DNA of 64,000 bases from Iphione sp. A-MEVVRFRX5 (lineage: Eukaryota): assembly GCA_976226885.1 (NCBI GenBank), contig OZ320317.1, forward strand, positions 59,644,001-59,708,000, written 5' to 3'. Shown in pieces: positions 11,545 through 24,334 of this stretch. Under the pieces are notes generated by a model that was not told where the DNA came from, ran no database searches, and worked only from the letters and a program-made list of their open reading frames with translations. The translations under genes were made by a program, and so were the position numbers. Position 1 is the stretch's first letter. Each line of letters begins with the position of its first letter.

Positions 11545-14500
11545 GTATGCTATATTATTTTGATTGCACATTAAATACACATTATGTACTTGCAATGCGC
11601 ACACTGTCTTTATAAAACATATACACACCATCTACACTGGTAGAAAGAATGTACAGAAAGGATTGTAAAGAGAGCGTTGTGTGATGATCTAAATAATCTA
11701 TGAAAAAAATAGCCATCGAAATCTCTGAAATATTCAACAGAAGAACTTGTATTTCTATCATACTCTGATTTTTCTCATGTTCATATATATTCAATGGAAA
11801 GGTATACCGTTAAACAGCATAACTGTCGTAACTCTAGTACATGTACCCACACTGAGTTCATTATGCGGTTAGTCTTGCTACTGCAATCTAATTGTCTGCT
11901 TTGTAAAAAAAAATATTCATATCATATCACCTGACGCATCGCGGGACTGTCATTCACGGTCCTATGATAAAAGATGCTTTGCCTTTTCTGACGTCACAAT
12001 GGCCATTCGTTAAATCAAGACCATGTAACAGATTCTTTAGCAACCAGCGGTAGTTCGATTTACGTACATTCCATACATGTACTAGTTAATGATAGAAAAA
12101 CAAGACTTTAAACATAGTTCTGTATTTTCAAACAAAACTAATATTTTCTAGATGTTTGGTAACTTTCCACGAATAATTTTTCAAACTACAGTGTTAATTA
12201 CAAGTTCACTGCGTTACGTTCGTTGAGGAAGCTGATCTTCAATCGGGCTTTAAACGCGATATTAACGTAGTTTGCCATAGACAGCTGATCAAAACTGTAT
12301 TTTGGTGCCCTCTGATATAATTGTCTCCCTCTTCTCTCATCTGTGAAACTATAAACGTCATTTGTGATGGTTGAAGTGGCGTAGGGGTTTACTTCATTTA
12401 ATAAGAAATGAAAATGAGATATGCGCAGAAAAACAATAGTTTTTAATTGCGGCCTACCAGAAATAAAAGCTGCCCGGGGGAATAAAGCATATGTCTCATA
12501 TTGAGGAGTAAATCATAGACTGATGCTTTAGGAACGCCATAAATATTCTTTTAATTGGCCACAGTCTTTGTAACAGCATTCTTTTTCATTTTTTATTTCC
12601 GCCGCGTCCTCCGCTGAAGACACTGCTATTTCCGTGTGCCAACGTCTGACGTTCGCCATAGCTATTTATACGGATGTAAGCCCTGACAACTAATTAGGGA
12701 GTGTACTTGGATAGCCTCATTAGTTACCTAAGTCTGTGATGGGCATTATTAAATCACCCTGCGGCCCTTTTCTAAGCCAGCAGGCACTACAGACACGAAG
12801 ACCGACCTACTTGCCTACCCTAAGGCAACATTCCCATTCAACAATCTTTATTTCTATGCTCTTTAAGGCCGTATCACATTGCCCGGTGACGTATAAGTAG
12901 TAACAATGCATTCCTACAGTGATTTTCAGCACGGATCCGGTATACACGTTGCTTCAAACACATAACTATCAAAAAGAATAATCTCAGGGAGACATTTGCA
13001 CTACACAGTACCAGGTTTCGGAATCATTGTGCTCGGTATCAAAGTCTCCGATGTGGATTTTAGTTGTAAAATGATACTCCACTCCATCATGCCATTTTCT
13101 TTCCTCTAATGCAAATTATATCTATCAAATGGCTCCACGCCGCAATTCGAAGCGCAGTCCAATGACATGGAATCTGTCCAAATTCACGTTTGAAGCAGAG
13201 AAACAGACATTTGATTACGTTACCTCCTACTGCAAATGCCATCCCTCAAACCAGGCCTATTCACTCTAGCACACGGCTTTCCTAAATTGATAATTAAAGA
13301 ACTCCCTCCTCCTTTCTCCGTCTGTTATCCATCGCTGCAAATTGCCCCTAATACTGAGAAACGATTATTTCATTACAGCTGGCATATGGATGGGGTCTCC
13401 AAACTACCCTTCATTAGTCTTCACTGCTTCTGAAGCCTTGTCCGTGTCAAGCACATTGTGACTTCAATACACCTTAATATACACTTATATGGCGTGCAGA
13501 ATAATCTATAATACAAAGTTATGTTCTTCCTTAGTGACTATATACACGTAAACCGTACATGACTTCTCAACAATCATTTACCCTGCCTTTATTATCAATG
13601 CGTACTGCTCAATTACGATTCGTGGCCCTCTTCTTTACGGCGCAGACAGAAGATATGTATACATGCATATTCTTTAACGAGAAACTGGCATAATTCAGCA
13701 TTAAAGGATTCTCTATTATTCATCACCATGAGTGCTGCAGCGTGCATTTCGTCGGGTATCAGGTTTACTTGCGGTAGGCGCCTTATTCAAACCTACCCTG
13801 CGATCGATTCCATTTAAAATTCATTTCCCGTCCAACTGCAGCAGGGAAAGGTACCGTCCGAAGGCAGTGCATGGAGGTTTCCGTTCTATTGGGTTAAAGA
13901 GGAAATTAGGTCGAACCTTCGAGACGCGGAGTGTATACGCGAGATAGCCCAGAGCCTATGATTGAGATTTACAACGAACAACCTCCTCCCTCTGGGGGTA
14001 CAGCCTAGCATTTATCCTGCGGGTATTGATGTATAAACATCCGTATAAACCTTATCGGAATACAACTAACCCCCAACTCGCCGGGCTTCATCACTCAGGA
14101 GACGATTACAGCGTCACAACATGCAGAACGATGAGCCCATTTACACACAAATATGGCTTCCATGACGCCGTAGGGGACTCAATTACACATAGGTGCTGAT
14201 TGGTTCTCCAAGAAATCAAAACGTATTTATAGTAGAACGGCGCGGTTTAATCCAGTGTGTTGCGTATTGAACCGCCGATTGCTATTGCTGCGGGGGTTTT
14301 ATGCAGCAATGACTCAGGGTAGATTGCCATCTAGGGTGAGTGATCTGGCTCTAGGGATTGTTTGGAGCAAGCCGCCTCGAGATATCTCTTTTCTATACTG
14401 CTGTGACTTGGAACAGGCCGCTAAATCCCTGCGTGCGTGGCGTCTAGGCAGCTCGGTTGGCTGGAGCACTTGGTCAACAGTGCGGGAGGAGGCACAAGCA

Positions 14501-14859
14501 ATGCCATCTTCGGCAATCACACGTTTGACTGCCTCCATAATGGTTGCCTCGCCGATAGCATTAACTCATTTATGACATAAGGCGAGCCATCCAACACTCC
14601 CAACACTACCAGCCTGGTCGAAACCTACAAAGGCCTTTTTTCTATACTACTGCTTCCCGCCACTAAGGCTATCATATTAGTCAACTTACGGCAGCGAAAC
14701 ACACTATCCTGTGTGGCATTGGGATCCTTTCCGAATCCGTCGGTGTAATGAAATCTGACAATGTTTGGCGTTCGGGATAACGAGTATGTCATTACAAGAG
14801 ATGTTTCCGAGGTTCTCCCTCGCAAGTAGTGTGTTTTCATATCACTCGACGTACTAAGG

Positions 14860-15035
14860 GGACGCCATTTTGAAAGCTCTATGCTAGAGCGAGATGCGCA
14901 GGGAAGCAGCCAGGCGGCGCCCCGAACGGATTTAACACTTCCGGCGTTTTATAACGCATGGCGCTCTGGGATTGGCACTGCCTTTACCAGGAAGGGATAT
15001 GGCGGGGGCGGACTGAGCTACGGAAAGGGGGAGGA
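14860..15035 (+). promoter_or_regulatory. TATA-less promoter-like motif cluster inside the large intron
   Basis: CGCCATTTT (YY1-like, 14863), ACTTCCGG (ETS, 14937), GATTGG (CCAAT box, 14970) and GGGGCGG (GC box, 15005) within 150 bp. Confidence 0.4.
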
Positions 15036-15386
15036 TGGCCGCTGCGACTCGTTCGGCCGTGTCCCTAGAGGGCCCGGGGGGGGGGGGTATCGAAACAATA
15101 TGGACACGACGCTATAGAAAGCAACATGGTGCTGCCGACGAGGCAGGCTCCACCACCAACGACTGTTGCAGTCAGGTGTTCGCATATAGTATCTGGGACT
15201 GTGACTTTAATCAGACCCAGGCACACAAAAAAACACACAGTCTTTTCATTTCTATAGGTTGGCGATCCCCCCGGCTTTACGGAGAAGTCTATCATATCCA
15301 TGAGAGTGGCGACTCCTATCAACAGGGAGATGGGCCTGTATTACCGGACTCCGGTGAAAGCCTCAGATGGAATGAGAGCAGTCTAA
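15035..15386 (+). CDS. Candidate two-exon 89-aa ORF nested antisense in the large PKD1-like intron (exons 15035-15175, 15258-15386)
   Basis: ggATGGCCGCT start and an 82-nt CAG|gtgttc...tttcatttctatag| intron, phase 0. A promoter-like motif cluster lies immediately upstream. No recognisable domain, and the frame crosses a G homopolymer. Confidence 0.25.
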
Positions 15387-15665
15387 CATTTTGCTGAAAT
15401 GACGGTCACGTTTTATGCAATGGTAAAAGGCAGCAGGCCTGTACTATCAGGCCCACATTCAACCCTCTCTCCTGCCTCCTTGTTATCTTCATTCGTCCTG
15501 AGCTTGATTATTTTCCCTCTATGGCCGTTTAAAACCCCGTCCTTCTCTCAGCCCTCCAGCGTTTACATTACATGACACAATAAATCTCCATACGAGGACA
15601 CATGCTGCCATCTTGCTAGGCCTTAACCATCAACCGTGAACCTCGTTAGCCGTGCGACATCCAAC

Positions 15666-15829
15666 NNNNNNNNNNNNNNNNNNNNNNNNNNNNNNNNNNN
15701 NNNNNNNNNNNNNNNNNNNNNNNNNNNNNNNNNNNNNNNNNNNNNNNNNNNNNNNNNNNNNNNNNNNNNNNNNNNNNNNNNNNNNNNNNNNNNNNNNNNN
15801 NNNNNNNNNNNNNNNNNNNNNNNNNNNNN
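15666..15829. other. Assembly gap (164 N)
   Basis: Run of N. Confidence 1.
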
Positions 15830-17172
15830 CGCTCCTACTGCGGAGCGTCCGTCCCCTGTTGATTGCGAACGACAACAGAGGAAGGTGACACTGATCCTAT
15901 CATTTCCTGTAAGCCGTCCTCGCTCCCACCTCTTCCGAGAGATTTAATCCTATAATTTCTATTCCAGCCGCCCCCAACACGTCGCCGCACTGACAGCGAC
16001 GAAAGGACAAGATGGCGCTCGGCCGGCCGTCGTTGTTAGGGCCCACAATAGCGGCGGAAGGCATTGCTCAAGGCGGCGATGGCCGGTGTCAATTAACCTC
16101 CAATGACTTCCTGCAATTAAGACTGGCGCTGAATGGCCGCTGCTTGGGGGACTCAGACCGGTCGCGGGTGCGCCGCACGTTCGACTGCTTCATTTCAAAA
16201 CCTCGTGTGCGGGGGCAATTAAAACGACCGAGCTCAGAACGGCGGGAAGGCGTGGGCCCATCGGCCGGGGGTAAAGAGGGAGAGGGGTTGGCCTTGGCCA
16301 AGCGGTGGCGTCTGGTCGTAGGCGCGTCGGAAAAGCTGGGGGCCCACCTCGCAGGAGATGCTGGTGACGGGCGGCGGGGGGCAGAGTGGATAGGGGGTAG
16401 GCGGGAAGGCTGGCGAGCAGGACCGGATGGGCAGAGAGGCGTGGAGAGAGCGAGGGCTGCTCACTCCTGCCCAGAATCGGAAGGGTGGACAAGTTGGGAG
16501 AAAAATGGGGGCAGGAGGGAAGCCGGGTGGCACCAGTTGGCAGGTATGGGTGAGCGGGAGCTGCTGCGGGGATGGGGGTGGAAAGGGGGTAGCTGGGGAA
16601 GGCTGGGTCTGTTTAATCAAGTCGAAGCCATTCGGATAAGTGTCAATCACGGCGGTGAGATGAAATTACTCCCATGACTACTGTCTCTCCGCCCGTTAGC
16701 GAAGGCGCCATTCACAGCTGGCTTTTTCAGACTAGAACAATCAGCCGCCTTCTAATGGGAAATGCCGCCTAGCCGGCTTCTTGGTAGTACACAGCTACAA
16801 ACACACTCACAACATTCGTTCTTATACTGCAGAACAACAATGTGGGCCATTATGGCACAAGAGACTATAGAATAGCAGGACAAATAGATGAAACAAACAG
16901 CAAATATTTCATAACTAAAACGTTTGTAAGCAATCTGACATCTCAACGAATGAAGATTTGCATTCTCATTACAGACTGACCGAGTCAAGTTTTATAACCT
17001 TATTTAAGGTTTAATTCACAACCTTGCTTGTGTTCACAAGACACAGTTAATCAGCCACGTGACAGGATAGTAATCAACCCATATTTAATGAGCTTGCCGC
17101 TACAAAAAGACAACCTCAAATCCATCATGGGTAGCCCAGGGGCACCGGCACGACACGTTCGAAAATACTCAC

Positions 17173-17333
17173 CTTAAGAGAAGAGCAATTGGAAACAGCC
17201 TTCCTTCAGAGACAGGTTCCAGGTCAAGGACAATGTGAAAAGGCCTTTCATCTAGAGGGTTAAGGTCAACCTCGATTTTATGGACTTGCATCTGGTGTTT
17301 GTGCAGCTCGAAGGTGGTTGGCTCTTTGTGCCC
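17173..17333 (-). CDS. PKD1-like gene, internal GAIN-B exon (161 nt)
   Basis: ttgtcgttaaag| acceptor and AAG|gtgagt donor, phase 0 to 2. Encodes GHKEPTTFELHKHQMQVHKIEVDLNPLDERPFHIVLDLEPVSEGRLFPIALLL(R), with no stops. Confidence 0.85.
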
Positions 17334-17608
17334 CTTTAACGACAACAATTAACAGGGTGAAGCGATGTTTGCATGGCATAGTTTTATGTCACTAAGACAT
17401 CTTTGGTATTGCCCAATAAGGAGTGTGTGCGATAATATACGTAAGGCACATGTGATATAAATGTCTCCACGTGGCATATTCGTATGGTATGGCACGTAAA
17501 TGGTTAAACTCGGATTACACGGAACATTTCCTTGGGTGAAAAATGATTTCATAGTTTATTTATGTGTTTTTATAATTAACCATTATCAGTTGTATAGTGG
17601 AAGCATAC

Positions 17609-17725
17609 CTGTTTGGGAAGGTGATTTATGGCCATGGACACCTGGTCTCTGTCTGGTAGTTTCTGTATGGACATCTCAGGCCCGCCGCATTTGAAGAGTG
17701 TCAATGACGCCACTTTCGAGGCCAC
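17609..17725 (-). CDS. PKD1-like gene, internal GAIN exon (117 nt)
   Basis: gtctcacag| acceptor and CAG|gtatgc donor, phase 0 to 0. Encodes VASKVASLTLFKCGGPEMSIQKLPDRDQVSMAINHLPKQ, fitting the family pattern V-x-S-x-V-x-S-L-x-L...I-x-x-L. Confidence 0.88.
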
Positions 17726-18392
17726 CTGTGAGACGCATACAAGAGAAAATGTATTTACACTTGAGTAAAACCACTTCAATACCACTGTAGAGAACGCAAA
17801 CTGCGAAAAGAATCAGTTATAAGAAAAATTAGATAACAACAGAAGAGCATACTGCAGATACATCCAACAGGAACTTCAGGTACTAATTTCACAACTTGCA
17901 AACCGACGTCGACCCTTCTTAGAAGGCCTGTCTATTTTTTTTAAATGTCAGGATATCCATAATCTAATAAATCACAATACGAAATATTCTGTGTATTTCA
18001 CTTTATGATTATGAGTAAAATGTATGAGGAGTAGGAACACTAAAGCACTCCAGATATTAGCCGAAATATAACGATTCATAAAATGGCCTTTCATCACTAT
18101 TCTTTTATGAAGTTTCGTACTTCCTTATTACTGAATCATCTTAGACGTTCTTAATGACGAGATAAAGGGGCTTCAAAAATGAGTGTTTTACAGATGCTTA
18201 TGGTTTCGAAATAAAACTTTGCAATTAGGAATGAAATAGGAATCTCCAGCTGTCAACAATTTGTCTCGGGAACAAAAGAGTCAAACTGAGCAGAGGCTTT
18301 GAAACAAGAGCCGTTAACTTTGAAACGTGTGGCGAGTTGTTTGTCCGTATTAACCATGTAACTGAAAGATAATGCGCTTTGATACAACTCAC

Positions 18393-18671
18393 ATTTTGTT
18401 CCCGTCCTTGGCCATAGTGGAAGGGATTGTTTTGGTATGTGACAACGTGCATTTCGTAGCAGTCCTGCGTCTGATTGGGCTGTGCACCTTGAGAGGCATC
18501 CTTCACTTTTCCTTCAAGGAAGTCGCTCAGACTATTGGGTAGTACGAAGTTGGCGTCCGAGGTTTGCACCTCGGGGACGACGGAGGTCCGGAAGCGACCA
18601 GCATATGTGACTAGATGCGGTGTTATATGCTCCTTGGGGTCCTCACCCAGGACGGTGTGGTTGAGTTCGAC
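18393..18671 (-). CDS. PKD1-like gene, internal GAIN exon (279 nt)
   Basis: ttctcttgctggcag| acceptor and AAT|gtgagt donor, phase 0 to 0. Encodes VELNHTVLGEDPKEHITPHLVTYAGRFRTSVVPEVQTSDANFVLPNSLSDFLEGKVKDASQGAQPNQTQDCYEMHVVTYQNNPFHYGQGREQN, with the GE-x-P, F-x-LP and Y-x-x-NPF hallmarks of PKD1-like GAIN domains. Confidence 0.92.
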
Positions 18672-20325
18672 CTGCCAGCAAGAGAAACAGGAAAGAATTA
18701 GTATACGGCAGTTGCCGCCTCAACATTTCTGCGACCGTTATTTCTCCTGGCGTTAGGGTCTAAAACAATCTGGATCAAGACAGGATAGTAGTACCACGCG
18801 TTTTTTAAAATGGTATGTATAAACTTTTTTTCTGGACTCTCACTATTACCTGTCATGTAGGCAAGTCTAATGTGTGCAATTTATGAATTTAGAATTCACA
18901 GGGGCGTGTGCTATTGCACTCTCATATCTGCTATAGCTTTCACTGTAAGCACAGCATAAGGCCTTTTAAGCAAAAACGGTTGTCTCCCATTAAAATGTGG
19001 CTTGGGGAACTAAGGGCCTGGGTTTTTATGACGATTCATTAATATTTCCTTACTTCCATCGGTCTCATATTTCATGGCAGGCCAACAAAAGAGTATCAAC
19101 TGCTTGAAATTCGAAACAGTTCGATTATGATTGGCATCTTAACGTGGGGCCTGGTAACAGTTTACAGATATTTCCCTTGCATGCCATACCTTGCGTGCTG
19201 AAGACGTGGCAACCTTTTTGGTTCCATTTTTCTTCTCGATTAAACCCTAGTCCCTTAAGGATAAATGCATACGGGACTTTTAGTTGGGATCTAAAACGTT
19301 TCATGCCCGCATCACTGATAAGCCTCCGTTCATTTTAATACCCCATAAAAAATGGACAGGGATCGTAACCAAAGGGAATTCTAAATTCAGACTTGACTGC
19401 GTGCCAATCGCTTGACTTCTTCCTTCACGGCAACTTGGCTCATAGCCAATGTAAAACAATCTTATGTTGCGGTCCTGAAACGGAAATGAATGAACATCCT
19501 TAACCCCCACCCCCACCCCCACCCTTCGCCTCAAGCCACTCCTTCCTTTCCAGCTCCCTCCCAAACACGCCACCACCAGGCCGCCCACGCCCTAGGCCAA
19601 TTGAAGGCAGGGCCGTATCTGCAGTAGGCGACGTTTTAATTTCAACTCAATCGATTTAATTAAATCAATTAATGGCAATCCGGTGATAGGAGACCGTTAC
19701 AAACGGCACAATTACAGGGGTTATTTAAATGTGGCTTCCACGCATCAGCGCCTCCACCTAACCACCTCGCATGAATAAAATAAATACCGAACAACGCACA
19801 TAAATAACGTAGGAGAGCGGAGTGGCCCTCTTGCAGCGTTTGGTGGATCGGTAGGTAAGGGTCAGTCCACGAACCAGACAATAAGCACACTGCATGAAGC
19901 CACACATGTGTGGATCTCATCATTTGAGAGCTGCCACATCCAGCGAACTAGTTAGAAGAGTAGCTTACTCAGCCTGAAGCCAGTTTTGGATTCATTAAAG
20001 ACAATGTTTATGTGTACCTGTATATTAAATAACGTTTCTGCCTAAATCAACGATGGACAAAACCTTTCGTGCAATTAACTTAAACTGACATTTTGCGTTA
20101 TCCAGATATCGCAAAATGAATGCGTAGGCATGTGTAGACACATATCATTGTATCGTTAGCACTTCCATGCAAGAATTTATCGTGTGAAGACGATGATCTG
20201 TCCCCCTGGACATCTACATAGCATGATATTTGGTTCTCGAGTGTACCAGGTTCCTGTGCTAGGTCGGTTGATCCTTGCTATGTATTATCAACGTTGTACT
20301 GATCTGCCTCAAGGGAGTCAATTAC

Positions 20326-20553
20326 CTGTGTCAGATTGTGGATGGACCAACGGCTCTGCTCCACCACCTGTTTAGTAGCGCTCTCGTCTGAACCGTTTAC
20401 CCTGGAGGCGGCCGCCACGATATTGGACGCGCCCTGGATGGCTACGGTCACAACGTCGCTCTGTACTCGCTTTGCAATGTCGGAGATGAGTGCTATCTGT
20501 TGGGTCGCCTTGGCCAGAATCTCGGTGGCGAATCTGAGACTGTCGGGCTCCAG
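20326..20553 (-). CDS. PKD1-like gene, GAIN-A helical exon (228 nt)
   Basis: ctctttcag| acceptor and CAG|gtaatt donor, phase 0 to 0. Encodes LEPDSLRFATEILAKATQQIALISDIAKRVQSDVVTVAIQGASNIVAAASRVNGSDESATKQVVEQSRWSIHNLTQ, containing the GASNIVAAA helix typical of the family. Confidence 0.88.
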
Positions 20554-22625
20554 CTGAAAGAGAATGATTGTTACGTTGAATGCAGATTACATGATGAATA
20601 TCGTGAAGGTAATGCTCATCTTCATGAAATGCGAGCTGCTCACATAGAACATAGTGGAGGCATTGTAAAGGTTTATTTTGATTTGCTACCTCGAGTCTCT
20701 CACCAAAACGAGCCACTCACCTACATCAAAGGACATCTAGGCATATACAACATAACACGCATTACGGTAACAGCATCAGGCAACTACAAGATTATACGGT
20801 TCAGTCAATCATTGCAAGCGCAGGCTGAAAAGGAACAACGACATAAACATGAACACAGGGTCGACTAGGTATCAATATGGCTGGCTTTCTTATATGGCTC
20901 ATAAATGACCACGCTTCCAATAAAGCGGCGCTGAAGAACATGGAGCTAATCTAGTGCTAACACGTACCAGTTACTTAATTTGCTGCAGATGTGAAAAACC
21001 GAAGGCGTGAAGTTCATTTAAACTGTCCTGGGAATGGTCATTGACGCTTACTCCCTAGGGGTCAAACAGCTCGTAGGGAATTTCTGACTACGGATTCTTT
21101 CCGAAAGGAACTGGTATTGTCAGTAAAGCAATGTTTTACTCCCCAGTGCTCCATCACAGCAAAAACGGCCCAAGATTAACGACAAAAGCATAAAACGCAG
21201 CCACTGCAAGAGCGCCCGGACAAACAATGCAGCTTTAAAATGCAGTTCTTTCCGCCTCCGAGTTGTGTTTCATGGAGCACTTTTCAGCTCGAGTGATGTC
21301 AGAATCTGCCACTAGGGACGGTTTTAAGTCTATTCCAGCATTGTTTGCCGAGATGGTCGGCGGAAATGAAAATTTTAATGGAATGAATTCAATCCACTTA
21401 TTCGCGTTGCTCAGGCGAGGAGAGCTGGCTATCATCTGAGCGGGCCACTGACAGATTCCACATGCCCCTCGACCGCCGAACAAAGGCGAGTTGCCACCCT
21501 TCAAATTATATTACATAATATAGATTATTTCCAGTTGGAATACACATATCGTTTCCCGGACACCGGAAAAAAGTGGTCACTGTGAGGTAAAAAATGAAGG
21601 AGAAGCCAACAATACGAGAATAGCGAGATGGTGCAGTCTTCATTGACGCTGGTCTGTGGTGATTGCGATTCCAGTTATTTCATTGCTGTTTTTAACAGTC
21701 ACCGTTACTCTATTTAATATGAGACAATCTATTACTCGGAGGTAATTACACTGAACAGGAATTCTTAATTACAATTTGACAAGGCACATTGTCCGTGGCT
21801 TCGAACAGGCATAGTACGCAGCAATCACATCCATCGCGACCGCTAAAGAAGAATTATATGTTCGTTCACTTCATTACGAAGCAATTGTGTTGGAGGCCTC
21901 TTTCAATTTAGATCTACCCTCATAATGAGTTTAATCGTTCTCGCATACAGGTGAATTATAACTGCTACTGGGGAGCGCAACCAATGCTATAAATCATATG
22001 AAGATAGGCATTTAAGGAGATGGATGTTAATGTGTTCCTGCTATCAGCCGTTCAAAGGGGAATCATCTTTTCCAATTCTGCATGGCGCGACGAACCTTTA
22101 TAATATAATTTTTGCTCAAACGGTTTTAGTAATTTTATCATATCAACTGGCTTTTGGGAGGACCTTTTTAACTGTTAATAGTGTGACGCTGGTATGGCAT
22201 TATTCCTAGAGTAAACAGTAAAATTACTACACCAAAACACAAAGGCAACAGCATCGTTTCTTGGTCCAGTATGCCACTATTGAAGCATTAGTCCTCGATG
22301 CACTACAGCGCCTCCGCCAACAGCCTAGCAGGACAAACAGTGCTTCACATACAGACTCTATTTCATCAGGATTCAGCAAAGATGAAAGTTAAATATTGTT
22401 TTGAGCGAGAACAAACAAGGCAGCAGCTATCCAAACACGCATGCGCTCCATTGCTAGGAAAATATCGATATGCGGCAGCTTGTGTTGTCGCTCTAACCCG
22501 GCCACTACCAACGCCCATTTGCCGCCGGCGCCTATGTCCGCCATGGTCGCCTCTTTTACATCTGTTCTCTGAAGCCATTTACAGCCAGAACCGATTTAAT
22601 TGAATCTCAACCAATCGGAACTCAC

Positions 22626-22682
22626 CTCCTTCGTAACTGCAGTGTTGGCAGCAACAGCGGACGTCGTCTGCTGGACTTCATA
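22626..22682 (-). CDS. PKD1-like gene, GAIN-A exon (57 nt)
   Basis: Strong ctgtcttccttacag| acceptor and GAG|gtgagt donor, phase 0 to 0. Encodes YEVQQTTSAVAANTAVTKE. Joined to the next exon it gives the family pattern Q-x-x-x-A-V...T...E-L-x-x-x-S. Confidence 0.8.
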
Positions 22683-24334
22683 CTGTAAGGAAGACAGAAA
22701 AAGAAATCAGATTTTTAAATAAACATAAAATTAATCAACCGCCAAGTACGTGTGGGCAATCGACGAGCAGATTGGATGCGATGGGAGACGGGAAACCAAA
22801 AGGGAGACTAGATTGAACGGTGGCATCGTCATTGTGAAGAATATGTCGAGACAAAAGCGGCTTTGTGCCCATATACGTCATCATTAGCGACGCTAGCAAC
22901 TGGAGCCCTCTACAGGCAATGATGGACAGCCTTGCAATATTTTATGCGTAGCGCGATTCGTAATTAGAACTCGGCACCTCGCCATACACTCCCGATCACT
23001 ATACTTTACGAATCGGACGGTATGTCTGCGAGAGTTACAGGCGGTGGTCACGAGCTGCTTAATAAAAAAGTGTAATTCATACAGACAGCGTGCTGCGATT
23101 ATGTATGGAGGGGGGGTGCATGTGAGTTTACATGTTTGTGTCCTCTGCAAGCGTGTTTGTGCATGCATGTGTGGGCAGGAGGAGGAGGAGAACAGGGAAA
23201 GGGTAAAGCAGATAGTTGCGGCTCCGATCGCACAGTCTGACATCTGATTGGTTGGAAACCCGATCCAAATAAAGCTCTGGGGACATGATCGGTTGAAAGT
23301 CGTCTGCTCGCAGTGGAAAAAGGTCATGGCCAGCACCATGCCCTTTTATCGCGAGCACTCTCATAACGATGTACAGTACATTAACGCACAAATAACAGGG
23401 GTTGAACACAGAATGGGTTCTATTTACAACATGACCGAACGTTTACTAAGCATCAAAGCCTCGTTAGGACCAGTGTCTAACAGCTGAAAACGATAACACT
23501 AGGGTTTACAATACGAAAATCTGAGTTAATTTGAAATTCATGATTCAGACAACCATGCATTATAAGTATCCCCTGTGTATTTATTTATCAAATGTAGTCA
23601 TCTATTATCGTTTGATCAGGGATCTAAGGATGTGAAAAATGTTTTGGTGAAAGGGGTCTAAAGGTTAGCTCGGAGACGGGCAGAGATAATATATCTACAA
23701 TTCCTGGCTCCCTTATGTGTAGGCATGGCAACTTATGTCTCTGGCATGTCCCAATGCCAAACATTAGCTGAAGCCTTAACACTGACACGTCCACTTGATC
23801 TTGGGACGCTATCACTCGCTTGTGGCCCGGAAGGGAGAAAATAACCTACAGTATTTACTAACTGGAGAATGAATGAATGAGCAGGAGATTGTGAAGGAAA
23901 ATTGGGGGGAGGGGCAGAGAAGGAAAATTTAATGAGAACGAAGCAGAGGACCTTCAGTAACTATCGTGATAAATATTCTTATCGAAATCAGGAAGTAGTT
24001 CTGTGTGCGTCGTTACATTACGATATTGAGAAACAGTTTTGATAGCCTTACAATGTTATCATGCATGAAAGACCTTGACGTGCACTGCGGAGTGATAAGT
24101 CCCAGAAATATATGCAGGAGGTTGTTGCAACAACAATCTCTACTGTATATAGATATGAAATGTATCTCTCTCGAGCAATCACAGTTCTGCAGACTGCTCC
24201 ACGTGAAGGAAGAATAAAGGGTGTCTCTAATGTACTGATATACCCCGGGCTCATGCAATATGTCAATCTTACAATATGGACCGTTCTAGTAAACGGAGCA
24301 CGTCCACACTGCCATGGCCCCCTTGGGCACTCAC

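Noticed and set aside
16012-16677. Longest ORF in the track (221 aa)
   Set aside because: Gly/Arg/Trp-rich product of a G-rich low-complexity tract with several overlapping open frames; no motif.
23430-23483. ttttcag|LLDTGPNEALMLSKRS, a possible PKD1-like exon
   Set aside because: Good acceptor, but no convincing donor before the stop codon.
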